This document shows positions 12,505-28,516 of a stretch of 64,000 nt of DNA, piece after piece (the stretch's first letter is position 1; each line of letters begins with the position of its first letter). A program made the translations under genes and the position numbers. The notes under the pieces were generated by a model, which searched no databases, was not told the origin of the DNA, and saw nothing but the letters and a program-made list of their open reading frames with translations. This stretch comes from the human T2T-CHM13v2.0 reference genome, Homo sapiens: the NCBI RefSeq assembly GCF_009914755.1, contig NC_060940.1. One strand, given 5' to 3'.

Positions 12505-14977
12505 TTTTTAAAAATAAAAAAAGGAAGAAAGGAAAAAATAATATAATGAAGATAACTCCTTCAGGCACTCCAGATATTTGCAGATGTAAAATGAGATCTC
12601 AGCTTAAAGCCACATTGTAAACTGGGACTCACTATGTCATTGTGAGGGGATTTAATTAGGTTTACTATTAACCTGTCTTCTCCCTGGTACACTGTAGTTA
12701 TTGGAAGTTATACAAATATTTTAAAAAACGGAAGAACCTCTCACATAGGTATTATATAAGAAAGATTCATTTTGGAGATCTGCTTTCAATAGGGCAGAAT
12801 GTAATGTTTGCAAACCAAAGTGAAACTGTTTGCTACACTGCATTTCCTTTTTGAGCCCATGCTTGAACCAGCAAGACTCGCTTATGAGCCCTAATCACTG
12901 TGGGTGGAGAGCAGAGTGGCTGCATTCTGCCATTGATTAGAATGAGATTCAATTATCAAATGAAGGTTTATTAAAGCATGTGTTTTTTTCACTAGCCTCT
13001 TCTCACTACCAGGCAATTCCCCTTCCACAAGAAACACCGCCTCTGGCAGCATTACAGACAATGTTAACTTTTTATGTGCGTGGGGGCTGAACACAATTTC
13101 TAGCCAGTATGTGAAAAGTCTGGAAGAAAAACACTCCTTTATAAAAGGAAATGAGTTTTAAGATGGAAGAATGAGATTTCAGTGTGACAGGGGTACAATT
13201 TCTTGCCTTGAATAAAGGAACAGAGCACCAATTCCTTCAGAGTTGCAGGTGACCCCAATTCGGATGGAGGATACAAAAGTAATGGCCTTCCTCCACCGTG
13301 GAATGGACCCTTCATTTTGAAACCAGGCTGGTGTGCTGATTAGTTCTGCTAAGTGACTCTGAAGAGACCCATTTGTTTAGCACTACATGTAATTTTAAAG
13401 GAAAGGACGTGTCAGCAGCAGGGAGGAGAGTCAAATGAGGTCACTCGTGAAATAGCAGGAGAAATCCGCGGGTGCCTCTGCCTTGTTTTATTCTACTCCA
13501 TCACCACTGACCTCTGCTCCTGAAGACTGATGCACCAGCTAAATGGAACCTTCATTTTCTCATTCCACGAATGACCAGGCCGGCTCCTCAATGCCCTCAG
13601 AAACAGATCTTCGTTTCTCTATTGCTGGGGACACCACACTTAACCCTTAATGGCATAAGGCAGTTGTCACCTGCAGAGTCTCCGTCGGTACATGCTGATT
13701 CCCTCATGGAAGCTCCGTCTGTTCAAAATTCACATCTCCATTATTATTTTGCTCTCTGTGCATGGTAGGATAAAGTGCATGCCACTCTTGTAGAAATGGT
13801 AGAATATCCTAAGCTGACACTTTTGAGGTCCTAAACCTGACAAGCCAAGAAAGTAACTGAGCACACTGACATTTTACAGATTTCTCTCAAACTTAAATTG
13901 GTTTTTGACCTTAAAATCAGGTCATAACCTGTCCTGTTTCAAACCAAGCCAATTGAATCAGATGTCATGTAAAAACAGCAATGTAATACATGTTGCATTC
14001 TTGACTCTGATACTAACTTTTTTGTGTAAGAAGAGAAAAAATAATCATAATAACAAAAGAAACTCCAAATGGAGAACCACATTGTTTCCTTCTCCACAGT
14101 TCTGGTATATTGAAAATGTACCAGTGTCACGGTCATGATCATCTTAATTAGAAGTTTCTGGTATGAGTTTTCCTCCCACCAATTTAATAACCTGTGGCCA
14201 AAGACCTTTCCTTATTCATCTCCATTTTCCCAGGGTTGTAGCAGAAGGTTAGTGTGTGGCAAGCACTCCAAAGTTTGAGCTGAATACATACGTATTAAAC
14301 AGAATATGAGTTTTCAGATTATAAACACACAAATTAAATAGGAAACTGAAGCTACCACTCACATATTTTTCTCTACGTGCTATAACCTTATATTTTTCTG
14401 TATAAAACTCTGATCTTTTTTCCCCGTCTGTTATTTACTGCTTCTGGTTATCAGCCTGTGGAGCACTTCTTTGTGGAGGTTATGATGGGTCTCACTGATT
14501 CTGGCACTTCTGAGCCACTTAAAAGGGGTTGAGAAATGTAAGTTGTGTGTGGGTCAGAGGGTGGGTAGGTCGGTGGGTGTGTAGGTTCTTTTTAGTTCTC
14601 TGTTTTTCTCAGGGAACATTAACCAGAAACAAATATGGGGATTCACAATTAAGTTTTTTATTTCCTTCCTTGTGGCATTCAATCTGTGTTTCAGCATTTG
14701 CTGGGCCATGTGGCTTTCATAAATAAATCGTCAAGGATTTGAGAATGGAAATATCCCCAAGATGAGGACTGCCTATGTAAATTCTGTGCATATAAAGGCC
14801 ACCTTTGTGGAAGGAAAAATAGGCACATAGAGAAGATCCCGGTGTGTAAGATGCCATGGGTAAGAGTCAAATCCAGCATCAGTGACTCAGCAAGTTTAGC
14901 AAAATCACTTTGGGCCTCGCTTTCTTTATCTATACAAACGGAGATAATACTTGCTTTGGTAAAAGGATTTGCATGTG

Positions 14978-15886
14978 TGTGAATTTGTTTTTAGTGGGCT
15001 GTAGGTCACAGGGTGGTAAATCTCACCTTGGGGTATGGTTTGCCCCACCTCCCATGGAATGTCCATTCACATTCTAATCTTCCTGGAGTGGTTTATGGAA
15101 CATTTTCTTTTTCTTGGAGTTGCTCTTGGCTGCCAGCAGCCTCTTCAGGTCCACTGCTGACTGGCGCCTCTTCGGAAGAGAATTTGCTCTTCCTGGGAGA
15201 TACTCCTGTTGTTTGCCTCTTTGGGATCCCTACCTATTTCTTCCTTGGGTGAAGATTTCTTCTTCCTGGGAAGAACTGTGCTGCCAGTGGCCTCTTCAAG
15301 ATCACTGCAGATATGATTTGGCTGTGTCCCCACCCAAATCTCTACTCAAATTGTAAACCCTATATTCCCCACATGTCTAGGGAAAGACCTATTTGGAGGT
15401 GATTGGATCATGAGCTGGTTTACCCCGTGCTGTTCCTGTGATAGTGAGTGAGTTCTCATGAGATCTGAGATCTGATGGTTTTATAAGAGACCCTTCCCCC
15501 TTTGCTGCTCACTCCTCTCTCTCTCCTGCAGACTTGTGAGAAGATCCAAATTTGCTTTGCCTTTGCCTTCCACCATGACTGTAAGTTGCCTGAGTCCTCC
15601 CTGGCCATATGGACCTGTGAGTCAATTAAACCTCTTTCCTTTATAAATTATCCAGCTCAGGTATTTCTTTATAGCAGCATGAAAGCAGACTAATACAGCT
15701 ACTGTCCAAATCCTCCTTAGAAAAATGTGTTTTTTTCTTGGATTTGGAGAAAAAAGTAGATAAGTCTTCCATTCCATTCTCCCAAGGAGCCTCCTGAGGC
15801 TTTTTCTTTTTTCTTCTTTTTGGGTTTTTCACTTGTCTCCTGAACCACTGCTTCCTTCATGACATCCTGATTGTTTCATGGAATCT
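14978..15886 (-). pseudogene. NOP56: Processed (retro)pseudogene of NOP56, C-terminal coding region plus 3' UTR, 5'-truncated, split by an LTR
   Basis: Minus strand translates, across frameshifts, to IP*NNQDVMKEAVVQ-ETSEKPKKKK..KPQEAPWENGMEDLSTFFSKSKKKTHFSKEDLDS/SDLEEATGSTVLPRKKKSSPKEE..PVSSGPEEAAG..SKKKKMFHKPLQED*, matching the recalled NOP56 C-terminus (..DVMKEAMVQ..KPQEVPQENGMEDPSISFSKPKKKKSFSKEELMSSDLEETAGSTSIPKRKKSTPKEE..KKKKKFHKASQED). Stop at 15074-15076 is followed by a NOP56-like 3' UTR. No introns; one in-frame stop and at least 3 frameshifts. Confidence 0.93.
15309..15697 (+). mobile_element. THE1D-like MaLR solo LTR inserted in the NOP56 retrocopy
   Basis: (A)GATATGATTTGGCTGTGTCCCCACCCAAATC...GACTAATACA; degenerate TSD ACTGC/GCTAC. 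Confidence 0.92.
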
Positions 15887-16109
15887 GGATTCCACAAAAT
15901 TAAATGTTACAATGCCAATGTACTCATTTATCATTTCTTTCAGTATTGTCAGCATTTAGAATACTCCAAGCTTTTTGTGAGTCAAAGAAGTAGTGGCATG
16001 GAAAAGCAAACCTGGGACCTACTCCTGTGTAGTTTATGGTTTAGTTGAAAAAAAAAAATATATATATATATATATATGTATGTATCAATCAACTATTGTA
16101 TAATGACAA

Positions 16110-16470
16110 TCAGAATACATGTTTGGGAGAATGAAAATAGATATTATGGAAACACAGACTGCTCTTATAGAAAAGTCTAAGGAGGCTGACCTGAAAGAGA
16201 TAACACAGCAGGTCCCCTTTCCCTAAGCTAAGGTGAGGTGTGCAAAATGAATGGACACTTTCCAGATGGATGAGGAGTAGGGAAAGTGCTTCAATCAAAA
16301 AGGCCAGCAAGAGTGAAGGCCCCAGCATGGCAGCATGTGGTGGAGGTTGAGAAAATAAATGGGCAATATGGCAGTCAGGTATCAATGGAGGGTGGATGGT
16401 TGCCAGGCACAGGCCAGCCCTCGTAGGCTTTGTAGACCATGTTAAGTATTTTAGTCTTTATATCAAGACT
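16110..16470 (-). mobile_element. L2 fragment
   Basis: GGCTTTGTAGACCATGTTAAGTATTTTAGTCTTTAT resembles reverse L2. Confidence 0.55.
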
Positions 16471-17418
16471 GTATAGCAAACTGCTCACTGCCTTTCAAAT
16501 GCCCTGGCATTATGTTTCTCAGTTCTAAATGGAAACAGAAATGTGTTTCTTCAGTCGTATTTATGTGATTGTTTCAGTCCAACTGAATGATCTACAGCCC
16601 AGCCTTTCCATTCTGAGCACTAGTCTTGAAGGAAATTATTGGTGTAACATTTCAAGGCAGAGTGTTCCTGGTCTTTTAGAATCCCAGAATTGGAAAGGTT
16701 GTGCACCATCCTCTTCCAAGCGTCCTGTGACTGGCTGGAATGTGCTGAGCACAAGAGGACCATACTCTCATACAGATTTCCTGGGTCCAGATCTTCTTCC
16801 TCTGCCGTTTGGTTTCTTCTCCCCTACTATTCTCTGTCTCATCCTCTTTCTGGGAATCCCCACAACATTAAATTGAAAGATCAACCGTAGATCTATTTTA
16901 TCATTTCTCTATTATGGATAGAAAAGACTGATACATAAGACAAATAGGACACATGAACAAATGAAAGCATAAAGAGGGATTGGGGAAATGAAAATAGAAA
17001 GTTGGGCACCAGAAGAATTGACCTTTCAAAATCCTAAACCTACTTAGCTAGCACATCTAAAGAGTTCTATCATTTTAACATTTTTAAGAATGTCCCCTCC
17101 TCCCATCTTCACTGCTATTACCCTTGATCAGACTCTCATAATTCTCCCAACAATCTCTGTTGTAGAACTTTGGCCTTGTGTCGATCAAGCTAACCCATAT
17201 TCCTTATGCTGTCAGTTTATTCTTTCTGCAATACAAAACGGATCCTGTCCCTCCCCTGCCTAACACTCTTTGATAGCTACCTTATAAAATGTGTTGCGTT
17301 CAATACATCGATTTATGCTGGTAGATCTGCACAATGAGAGGCTCTAATGGATTACATTATGTGGTGTGGAAGAGCCAGGCATTTCCAGTGCAGTGGTGAC
17401 TCTGACCTTCATACCTTC

Positions 17419-17420
<2 letters not shown>

Positions 17421-17453
<33 letters not shown>

Positions 17454-17696
17454 TTGAGAGAGAGTTTCGCTGTTGTTGCCCAGGCTGGAGTGCAATGGCA
17501 CGATCTCGGCTCACCACCACCTCTGCCTCCTGGGTTCAGGGCATGCGCCACCATGCCCAGCTAATTTTGTATTTTTAGTAGAGATGGGATTTATCCATGT
17601 CGGTAAGGCTGGCCTCGAACTCCCGACCTCAGGTGATCTGCCTGCCTTGGCCTCCCAAAGTGCTGGGATTACAGGCCTGAGCCACCACACCCGGCC
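17421..17696 (-). mobile_element. AluSp-like with a ~40-bp internal deletion
   Basis: Sp diagnostics (TGCAATGG, CTCACC, CCCGACCTCAGG); right arm jumps from GGTTCAG to GGCATGCGCC; TSD CCTT(T)CRTACCTTCTT. Confidence 0.92.
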
Positions 17697-17872
17697 CCTT
17701 TCGTACCTTCTTATGTCCAAACAGCAGTGGACTGCGGCATTGTGTTGGAGCTCACAGGAGTATATTCTATCTTAATGAAGATGATTAACCCTGGAATTGT
17801 GCTAAGCACTTAACGTGCAATATTTTATTCTGTTTTCATAACGATGCTTTGAAACATGTGGTGTTATTATCC

Positions 17873-18639
17873 TGTCAATGAAAAGAGTCAAACTCTAAAA
17901 TATTTGAAGAGATTTATTCTGAGCCAAGTATGAGTGACCATGGCTCATGACAGAGACCTCAGGAGATCCTGAGAACATGTGCCTGCGGTGGTTAGAGCAC
18001 AGCCTGGTTTTATGCAATTTTGGAAGACATAAGACGTTAATGAAATGCATTTAAGATGTACAACTGGCTTGATTCAGAAAGGAGGGACAACTCAAAATGG
18101 CAGCTTTCAGGCTATAGGTAAATTTTAAAAATTTCTAGTTGACAATTTGTTGAGTTGTCTAAGGACCTGGGATCAATAGAAAGAAAATGTATGGGGTAAG
18201 ATAAAGGATTGTGGAGTCCAAAGTTTTATTGTGAAGAGGAAAGCTTTTAGCTAGCAGGCTTCAGAGAGAATAGATTATAAAAGGTTTTCTTATTGGACTT
18301 AAAAAAGGTGCCTGACTCTTAGGTGATTATCTCCTGAATATGGAAAGAAAAAAAAGGGGAAAAGGGATTCTTTACAGAATGTAGATTTTTTCCCACAAGA
18401 GACAACTTTGCAGGGCGATTTCAAGATATGACAAGGAAATATATTTGAGGTTAAATATTTTGATTTCTTTCTTTATTTGTTATGTGATGCTATACAAGGG
18501 TCAGGTTGGAAAACAGGCCACATTATATAGGGTCAAATAGACCCCTCTGATGAGACTTTGTGGTTTGTAGGACATGGCCCCTCAAACCCCTTAGGTAGGA
18601 ATTTGAGCAAGAAAAAAAAAAGTCAGACTTTAGTCCTCA
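17873..18639 (-). mobile_element. MER4 family (MER4E-like) ERV1 solo LTR inside a MIR
   Basis: TGTCAATGAAAAGAGTCAAACTCT...TTTAGTCCTCA; perfect 4-bp TSD ATCC; MIR halves at about 17790-17872 and 18640-18775. Confidence 0.88.
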
Positions 18640-18938
18640 ATCCTTACTTTACAGATACAGAAACTGAGGTTCAGGTATTACTAAACTTCCCAGGGTCACA
18701 CCGCTAGTAAGGGACACAGTCTTAATTTAAATACAGACAGACAATCTCCAGAACATACACGGTTAACCACTGTTCCATGTCCTAATCATTTCTATTTTTT
18801 TTTTACTTGTAGACAAAGGTTAATTGCTAAAATCAAACTGGAGGTCGTAAGCCATATAATCAAATATGATTATACCACTTCACAGAAATTATCCCTAGTT
18901 TTACTGACTGCAAAATTATTTGACTTGAAATAAGTTGG

Positions 18939-21731
<2,793 letters not shown>

Positions 21732-24257
21732 TTTGGCTATTACTAGATCCTTGACAACTCTGTTATACTGAAATTCTACTTAAAAATGCTTTGAACAATA
21801 GGATCTAAAATTAAGCAATGTCTAACCAGTTGTCAAATTCTCCAAGCCTCTTGATTAGTTTGCATCTTTCAGACAGAATCTTGAGTTAATGCTCATGTTT
21901 CGTCCCCTACTCCTCCAGAACAATCTCACCACCCCTTTGAGATTTTGCTAAAATTCCAACACACTGTCTTTCAGGAGCATTATTATATAGTCTTAGTAAC
22001 ATGAACTGAATAAAAATGGACACGTTACAGAGACTTGATTCCTTCAACAGTAATTGGAAATAGATCGAAAAGGCTGAGGCACTAACTCAACTAGCCATTC
22101 CATCATCAGCTTGTCTCAGGGTGGTAATAAACTTCTTGGTCTGCTAAATTTATGGAGCAGAAGTGTGAGCACAACCTCCCAGTGGTTCCCATGGCTTTGA
22201 TCAGGTCAGTAACAGTGGTCTGGAGGTCTGCATGCTGACCATTATAAGCACTATGTGTACTCTCACCAATGTGCTGTCGTTAGTGATTGCTTCCACACTA
22301 GTTCCTCAGCTGAGAAGATAAATCTGGCTGCCTTAGGAGGGGATTTTGCATGAGATTGCATAAGAGTATTTCTTATGTAGAAATATAAGATTAAGGGTTT
22401 AACTGCCAAATACCCTCTATACCTATATATTCCACTAGCTAAACCGGCAACTATGGACTATAAGAGAGCTAGACTAGTGCAGTCATGAGTCACCCTCTTA
22501 TCTAAGTCAAAGTATTACTTCTCCCCTTGCAAGGGTAATGGTGCCCTATGCTATAATGAAAAAAAAAATAACCCTCAGGTTATGTTACTTATGAAATGAA
22601 TAAGCATAAGATGTTCAAGCTTCATTCTATATTTACAATGAATGTCATAATATAATTGACTTTATGACTTTATGTCAAATTGGAAAGGCAAGTTATACTG
22701 GTTCTTGAAGGACCACGCTCTCTCCATCACTAAAACTTTGCAGGTTCTATTCCAATTGCCTTGATCACTCCTCTCTGTATTGCCTAGTTAACTCCTATTC
22801 ATTTTCTTGGAGAAGCTTTCTCAGATCTGGCTGACTAAATCTCCAGCCCCTACGCCATATGAATTCTAAGTTCAGTATAGTCAGCATATTTGGTGACTCC
22901 TGGATTTATGTCTGTCTCTCTTTGCTCACTGTTGTATTCCTCTAGCATAGTTTTCAGCATGCAATAGAAAAATAGTAGGTATTGCAAGAAAGACTATAAG
23001 AAAAAAATACTAACAATATTTTAGAAAATAAGACACATCCTATATTTTTCAAAATGTCTGCAGATAATTTTCTTTCTCAATTCTGAAGCTATCCATTTAT
23101 TCTCTCATTTTTTCCAAGATATTTCTCAGTCTTTCAGTATTTCCTAGACATTTGCTGGAACCTGGGCCTACAATGGTAAATAAAGAAAACAAATATATTC
23201 GTATGCAAATAATCTTTACTTTTAATCCTTTTTTTTCTCATTCTCTCTTTCCTTCAGACAGAAATAAAAATATATATTTATTTACTAAAATAGATTGATA
23301 TTAATCATAATGCTCTATTTATATATCAGTGTTTGATGGCAAGCCATATGTTTGTTCTCTCCAAAAGTCCAAGAAATTAATTCATAGAAATAGATGTTTA
23401 ATAATTGCTCAAATATCCAGAAAGAATTTCCTTTGGAAGGAGCTCCTGGTTTTATAGCTGTTCATCAGGATCCATATGTCTTAGACATGTCTTATCAAAA
23501 AACAAAACAAAGATCTCTTTTGTAGACTAAGGATGATGTATTTTAAATGACTTATTTAATGTTAAATAGGAATTTTCTCAAAGGATCAGAGCCTTTGGAA
23601 ACCATTAGTAGACAGTAGGCATAGGATGAGGAAAATAAGCATGTGCTATTGAAAATTTAGGCATTTGAATATTCAATGTATGCATGTATTTCATGTATAT
23701 GATATGTTAGTATATAACAGAGGATTGTCTGGAGCGACAGTTGGGTGTCAGAGAAGAAACTTGGAATTCTTGCAGCAGCATGTTGAATAAAAGCCAAATG
23801 TAATAAAGTACATCTGGCTTGCTTTCTAGAGAAATCTAAGAAATTAATTTTTCTGCCAACTAGACCCAATTTATATTGAATCCTTCCATACAAGCTAGTT
23901 AAGATTGATCATAGGTAGCTTTTACTCATATGATTTTTATTGGCCAGTTGCTTGTTTAGGGGAAATAGAGAAACAGCACAGAACATCTCTAATAAGAGTT
24001 TTACTGAGTTTGCACACCTTTATGCAACAGCAAGCTCCACCACAGGCAATATAGTAAGGTGATTTGACACTCCAGCCTGGCATATTCATACTTACAAACA
24101 AAAATAGCTCTGCCTAGCAGCCTACATATGAAACGGTCATATGCAATTCAACCACAAACCGCATCTGCTCAAAATTTTAGTAGATCACATAAAATGGAAT
24201 CTGTTTCACATTTGCATAACAGCTGGAGCTTAATGCTGTGACTTTAATGCCTTAAAC

Positions 24258-24445
24258 CAGAGGTTCTCGAAGTACAGTACCTGGACTAGCAGCGTCAACA
24301 TCACATGGGAGCCTGTTAGAAAGGCAAATTCTCAGGCTCCATCCCAAATCTAGTGAGTCAGAAGCTTTGGGAGTGGGGTCCAGCAATCTGTATTTTAACA
24401 GGCCCTTCTAGGGATTCTGATGGACACTCAAGTTGGAGAACACTG
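24258..24445 (+). mobile_element. MER5A hAT-Charlie MITE
   Basis: Terminal inverted repeats CAGAGGTTCTC...GAGAACACTG; internal GTTAGAAAGGCAAATTCTCAGG. Confidence 0.88.
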
Positions 24446-24654
24446 CTCTAGGTTCAGGTAAACCAAGTTAAGCTCTGTCTCTGCAGTATTCTTATCATAA
24501 ATGCCACTTTAATTCTTTGTTCCCCCTGTTTTTATTTCTAAATTAGAGATGCACTAAATCAACCTAAGATTTATTAGAGATGCATGTAATAGAAAGAGCA
24601 CAGTCAGACAGGATTGGCTTCAACATTGGGAATTCCCTATGGGAATTATTGTTT

Positions 24655-24802
24655 AACAATAATAAAATCTAATTTTTATTGAGCAGTTAGTAGGTGCAAA
24701 ACTCTATGCTAAGTGCTTTCTTTATCTCTCTGAGTCCTCACAGAAATACTGTAAGATAACATTATCCCCATTTTGTAGATGAATTGATGAGATTTAGAGA
24801 CA
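24655..24802 (-). mobile_element. MIR fragment
   Basis: TTTATTGAGCA...ATTATCCCCATTTTGTAGATGA. Confidence 0.75.
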
Positions 24803-25243
24803 TTTTGTCAATTTAATAATTGGGATTGATACAAAGGATAATGAAGCTTACTTCAGAGGTTAGTTTGCACAATACTAGTTAAAAATAATTCTTTTCTGCC
24901 TACAAAACCTCTTTAATCCTGAATAAAATAGAATAATACCAGCAACCTCATAGAAAATTGGTGAGTTAAATGAGAGAAGCTGGATATTTAACATACTGTA
25001 GCTGCTCAAATCCTAAATTATTCTTTTCTTTTCACTCTGCAAGTATATGACAAGATATGATGATACAATGATATACACATTTAAAAGGTGATTAAAGAGA
25101 TTATTGAAGCAAAAATTTAGAAATGTCACCTCTCCCTACCAATTTTACTTTTTACATGTTTTGCAACCTTCATTTCACTACACTGTAAATTTAAATATTT
25201 TGGAAAAGCTTGGTGGGATTTTATGTTTATGAAGCAGGAAGAC

Positions 25244-25813
25244 TGTGGGGGACACACACTGAGGTTGCTGCCTGTGATCCCCATCTCCTGATATTATACT
25301 ACCCTATAATACCGTCTCCTTGAGTATGGGTGAGGGTTTTGACTCGCTTCTCACTAGAAGACTATAACAAAAATGAGGAGATGCCACTCCATGATGTTGT
25401 TATATGAGATTACCATTTTCATCTTGCTAGCAGACTCACCCTATAGACTCTTCCTTCATGTCTTTTGATGAATCAAGCTGCCATGCTTTATGCTTCCCTA
25501 TAGAGCAGTATGTGTTGTAAAGAACGGTGAGTAGCCTCTGGCTGACAGACAAAAAGGAATTGAGGTCCTTAATCTGACAGCCAGCAGGAACCAAATCCTG
25601 CCAACAATCACATTAGCTAGTAAGCAGATCCTTCCCCCACTGAGCTTTCAAATGAGATCTCAGGCCTGGATGACACCTTGATTGCAGTCTCCTCAGACCC
25701 TAAAGCAGAAGACTCAGGTTAGCACAGATTTCTTACCCACAGAAACTGTGATGTAATATGAATATATTATTTATTTAAACCTCTAAATGTGTTATGTAGC
25801 AATAAGTAATACA
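25244..25813 (+). mobile_element. MLT1F-like solo LTR
   Basis: TGTGG...GATCCCCATCTCCTG...CCCACAGAAACTGTGA...TAATACA; TSD AAGAC/AAGGC. Confidence 0.82.
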
Positions 25814-25971
25814 AAGGCAAAATAGTTTCGACTGTAAACCGTGTGATAGCTGCTACACTCACTTCTTTCATTAAGTCTCTGTGTGGTATACTGTTTGCAG
25901 GGAATGCTGGAAATCAGAATATAATTAGGCAAAAAGAGAAGTGATTTTCCTTAGCATTAAAATAAGAAGAT

Positions 25972-26292
25972 GGCTGGGTGTGGTGACTCATGAATGTAAT
26001 TCCAGTATTTTTAGAGTTGGAGGCAGGAGGACTGCTTAAGGTCAGGAGTTCGAGGCCAGCAAGGCAACATAGCCAGATCCTATCTCAACGAAAATGAAAA
26101 ATTAAAGATTTGCTGGGCTTGATGTTGCCTGCCTGTGGTCCTAGCTACTTATAAGGCTGAGGCAAGAGGATGGCTTGAGCCTAGGAGTTCAAGGCTGCAG
26201 TGAGGCATGATCACACCACTGCACTCCAGCCCGAGGGACAAAGTGAGACCCTGTCTCTAAAAATAAATGAACGAATAAATAAATAAAATAAA
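25972..26292 (+). mobile_element. AluJ (Jo/Jr-like)
   Basis: AGGAGTTCAAGGCTGCAGTGAG right arm; TSD AAGAAGAT. Confidence 0.9.
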
Positions 26293-27109
26293 AAGAAGAT
26301 AATGTTCTCTATATAAGGCAGGGAAAGCTTATGGATTATTAGGAGGCTGCTGATAATAGAACCACAGAGCCAAGAAAGCGGATAACCAATAGAAATTTGA
26401 TCAGCCTTCTCCTCCTGGACTACACCTTCTCACCTGTTCTTCAAAGTTCTCAGCCAGGGATCCTGTCTGCTGGAAACATGCCCAGAGAATTCCATTCTGA
26501 CATGACCCACTTCTGTGATGACATATATCCTGACTCAGCTCTTTTGTCTGGTTGTATTCCTGCCTCCTTCGTCTCATTCACCAGATACTGAGCCCTTTGT
26601 CTTTACCTCTTCCTTTACCTTCTTTTTCTGGCTTTTCTTTTGCTCCTCCTCAACTTCATTCTTTACATGAGATTCCATATACAGCACATGCTCAATCCAT
26701 GATTAGCATATGTAAACTAATTTAAGAAAAAAATCATTGACTTCTTCAATATTTTTCAATAGAAGAGTCCAATAGGTGGGTGCTGGTGTCAGACTCAGCT
26801 AGTTCCAGGTGCTTACACCATGTTGTCCTTCATTGTCCTTGTGTCTTCTTCTTGTTCTTCCTCCCACTTGTCCTTCTCCCTGTTTCTGCAACTCTTTTTA
26901 TTCTCTCTTTTCCTATCTTTCCCTGACTTTTTTTCCCCCAAATTCCACATTTATCCCCATTGTCTTCATTCTCAAGAAAAGATTTTCTATGTAGCTCAAT
27001 GCTGCCTCCACCAACTCCAGGATTACTGCATCTTCCAAGCTAACCTTTTCTTCATTAGTGTTCTTAAACATTTCTGTAAAGGACTTATCTTGTCTCTGGT
27101 TATATAATG

Positions 27110-27491
27110 TGTATTTGTCTGTTCTCAGGCTGCTAATAAAGACATACCCAAGACTGTGTAATTTATAAAGGAAAGAGGTTTCATTAACTCACAGTTCCAT
27201 ATGGCTGGGGAGGCCTCACAATCATGGTGGAATGTGAAGGAAAAGCAAAGTCACATCTTGCATGGTGGCAGGCAAGAGAGAATGAGAGACAAGCAAAAGA
27301 GGAAACCCCTTATCAAATCAGATTTTGTGAGACGTATTCACTACCCCAAGAACCAGATGAGGAAAACTGGCCCCATGATTCAAGTATCTTTCAATTATCT
27401 TTCAGTTATCTTTTCCTCCCACAATATGTGGGAATTATGAGAACCACAATTCAAGATGAGATTTGAGTGGGGAGACAGCCAAACCCTATCA
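27110..27491 (-). mobile_element. THE1 (B/C-like) solo LTR
   Basis: TGTATTTGTCTGTTCTCA...CAGCCAAACCCTATCA; TSD TAATG/TCATG. Confidence 0.92.
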
Positions 27492-28190
27492 TCATGTGAC
27501 CACCTCTGGGTGAATTGTTTTGTCTGAGGGAATAATCTCCTATCTGGCCAATCTGGGCAAAGCCTCTACCTTGATCAGTTGAGTTACATGACTGATTGAC
27601 ATAACAGAGTGTCATGGAGTCATTGTAGGGGATTTCCAAAAGGAAAAATATCAGGACAAACTCAGAAAAAGCAGCAGATGGCCATGAAGTAATAAGTGAA
27701 AATCCAACCAGCTTCAGGTACAGCCTTACATCCCATTTAGTATTTCCTGAGACTGGTGTCCTCATCTCTTTAGTTGTCTGTTTTTCTATACCTGTGTCTC
27801 CCTGCCCCTCTCCCTTAAGAAATGTCCCAGTCTATCTAGAACCTAATTTCATGATAAATGAACTCTTCATCACTAAACCTTTCAAAGGCTACTTCTCCAA
27901 CTATCCCAGCTTTTTATTTTTTTTTACTTTTAAAGCAATTTTTATACCACTATTCCTAAATTTTCAGTCACATTCCTTTTCAGAGGAATCTCCCTGACCC
28001 TTCCCTTCTCTTCGCAAAGCCACTGTTTGATCCAGTTACATTTTTATATATAAACATTTTAAGCAGCTCCAGTTGCTGATTTTACAAAGCATGGAAACAT
28101 AGAATATGAAATGATCAATGATAGGAGCATTTGGCAGAAACTGTTAAAACTGAGCAACAACCTACTGATATATTCTTGCCATATAAGTGA

Positions 28191-28516
28191 TTTGTTTGCT
28201 TTTATTTATTTAACTTTTATTTTAAATTTGGGGTTACATGTGCAGGTTTGTTACATACGTAAACTCGTGTCATGAGGATTTCCTGTACATATTATTTCAT
28301 CACCCAGGTATTAAGCCTAGTATCCATGAGTTATTTTTCCTCATCCTCTCCTCCCTCCCACTCTCTGCCCTCTGATAGGCCCTGATGTGTGTTGTTCCCT
28401 TCTATGTGTCCACGTGTTCTCATCATTTAGCTCCCACTTGCAAGTGAGAACATGAAGTATTTGGTTTTCTGTTCCTGCATTAGTTTTCTAAGGATAATGG
28501 TCTCCAGCTCCATCCA
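28191..28516 (-). mobile_element. L1PA (PA13-16-like) short 3' end
   Basis: TTATTTCATCACCCAGGTATTAAGCCTAG...CTCCAGCTCCATCCA with T-rich tail at left. Confidence 0.88.
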
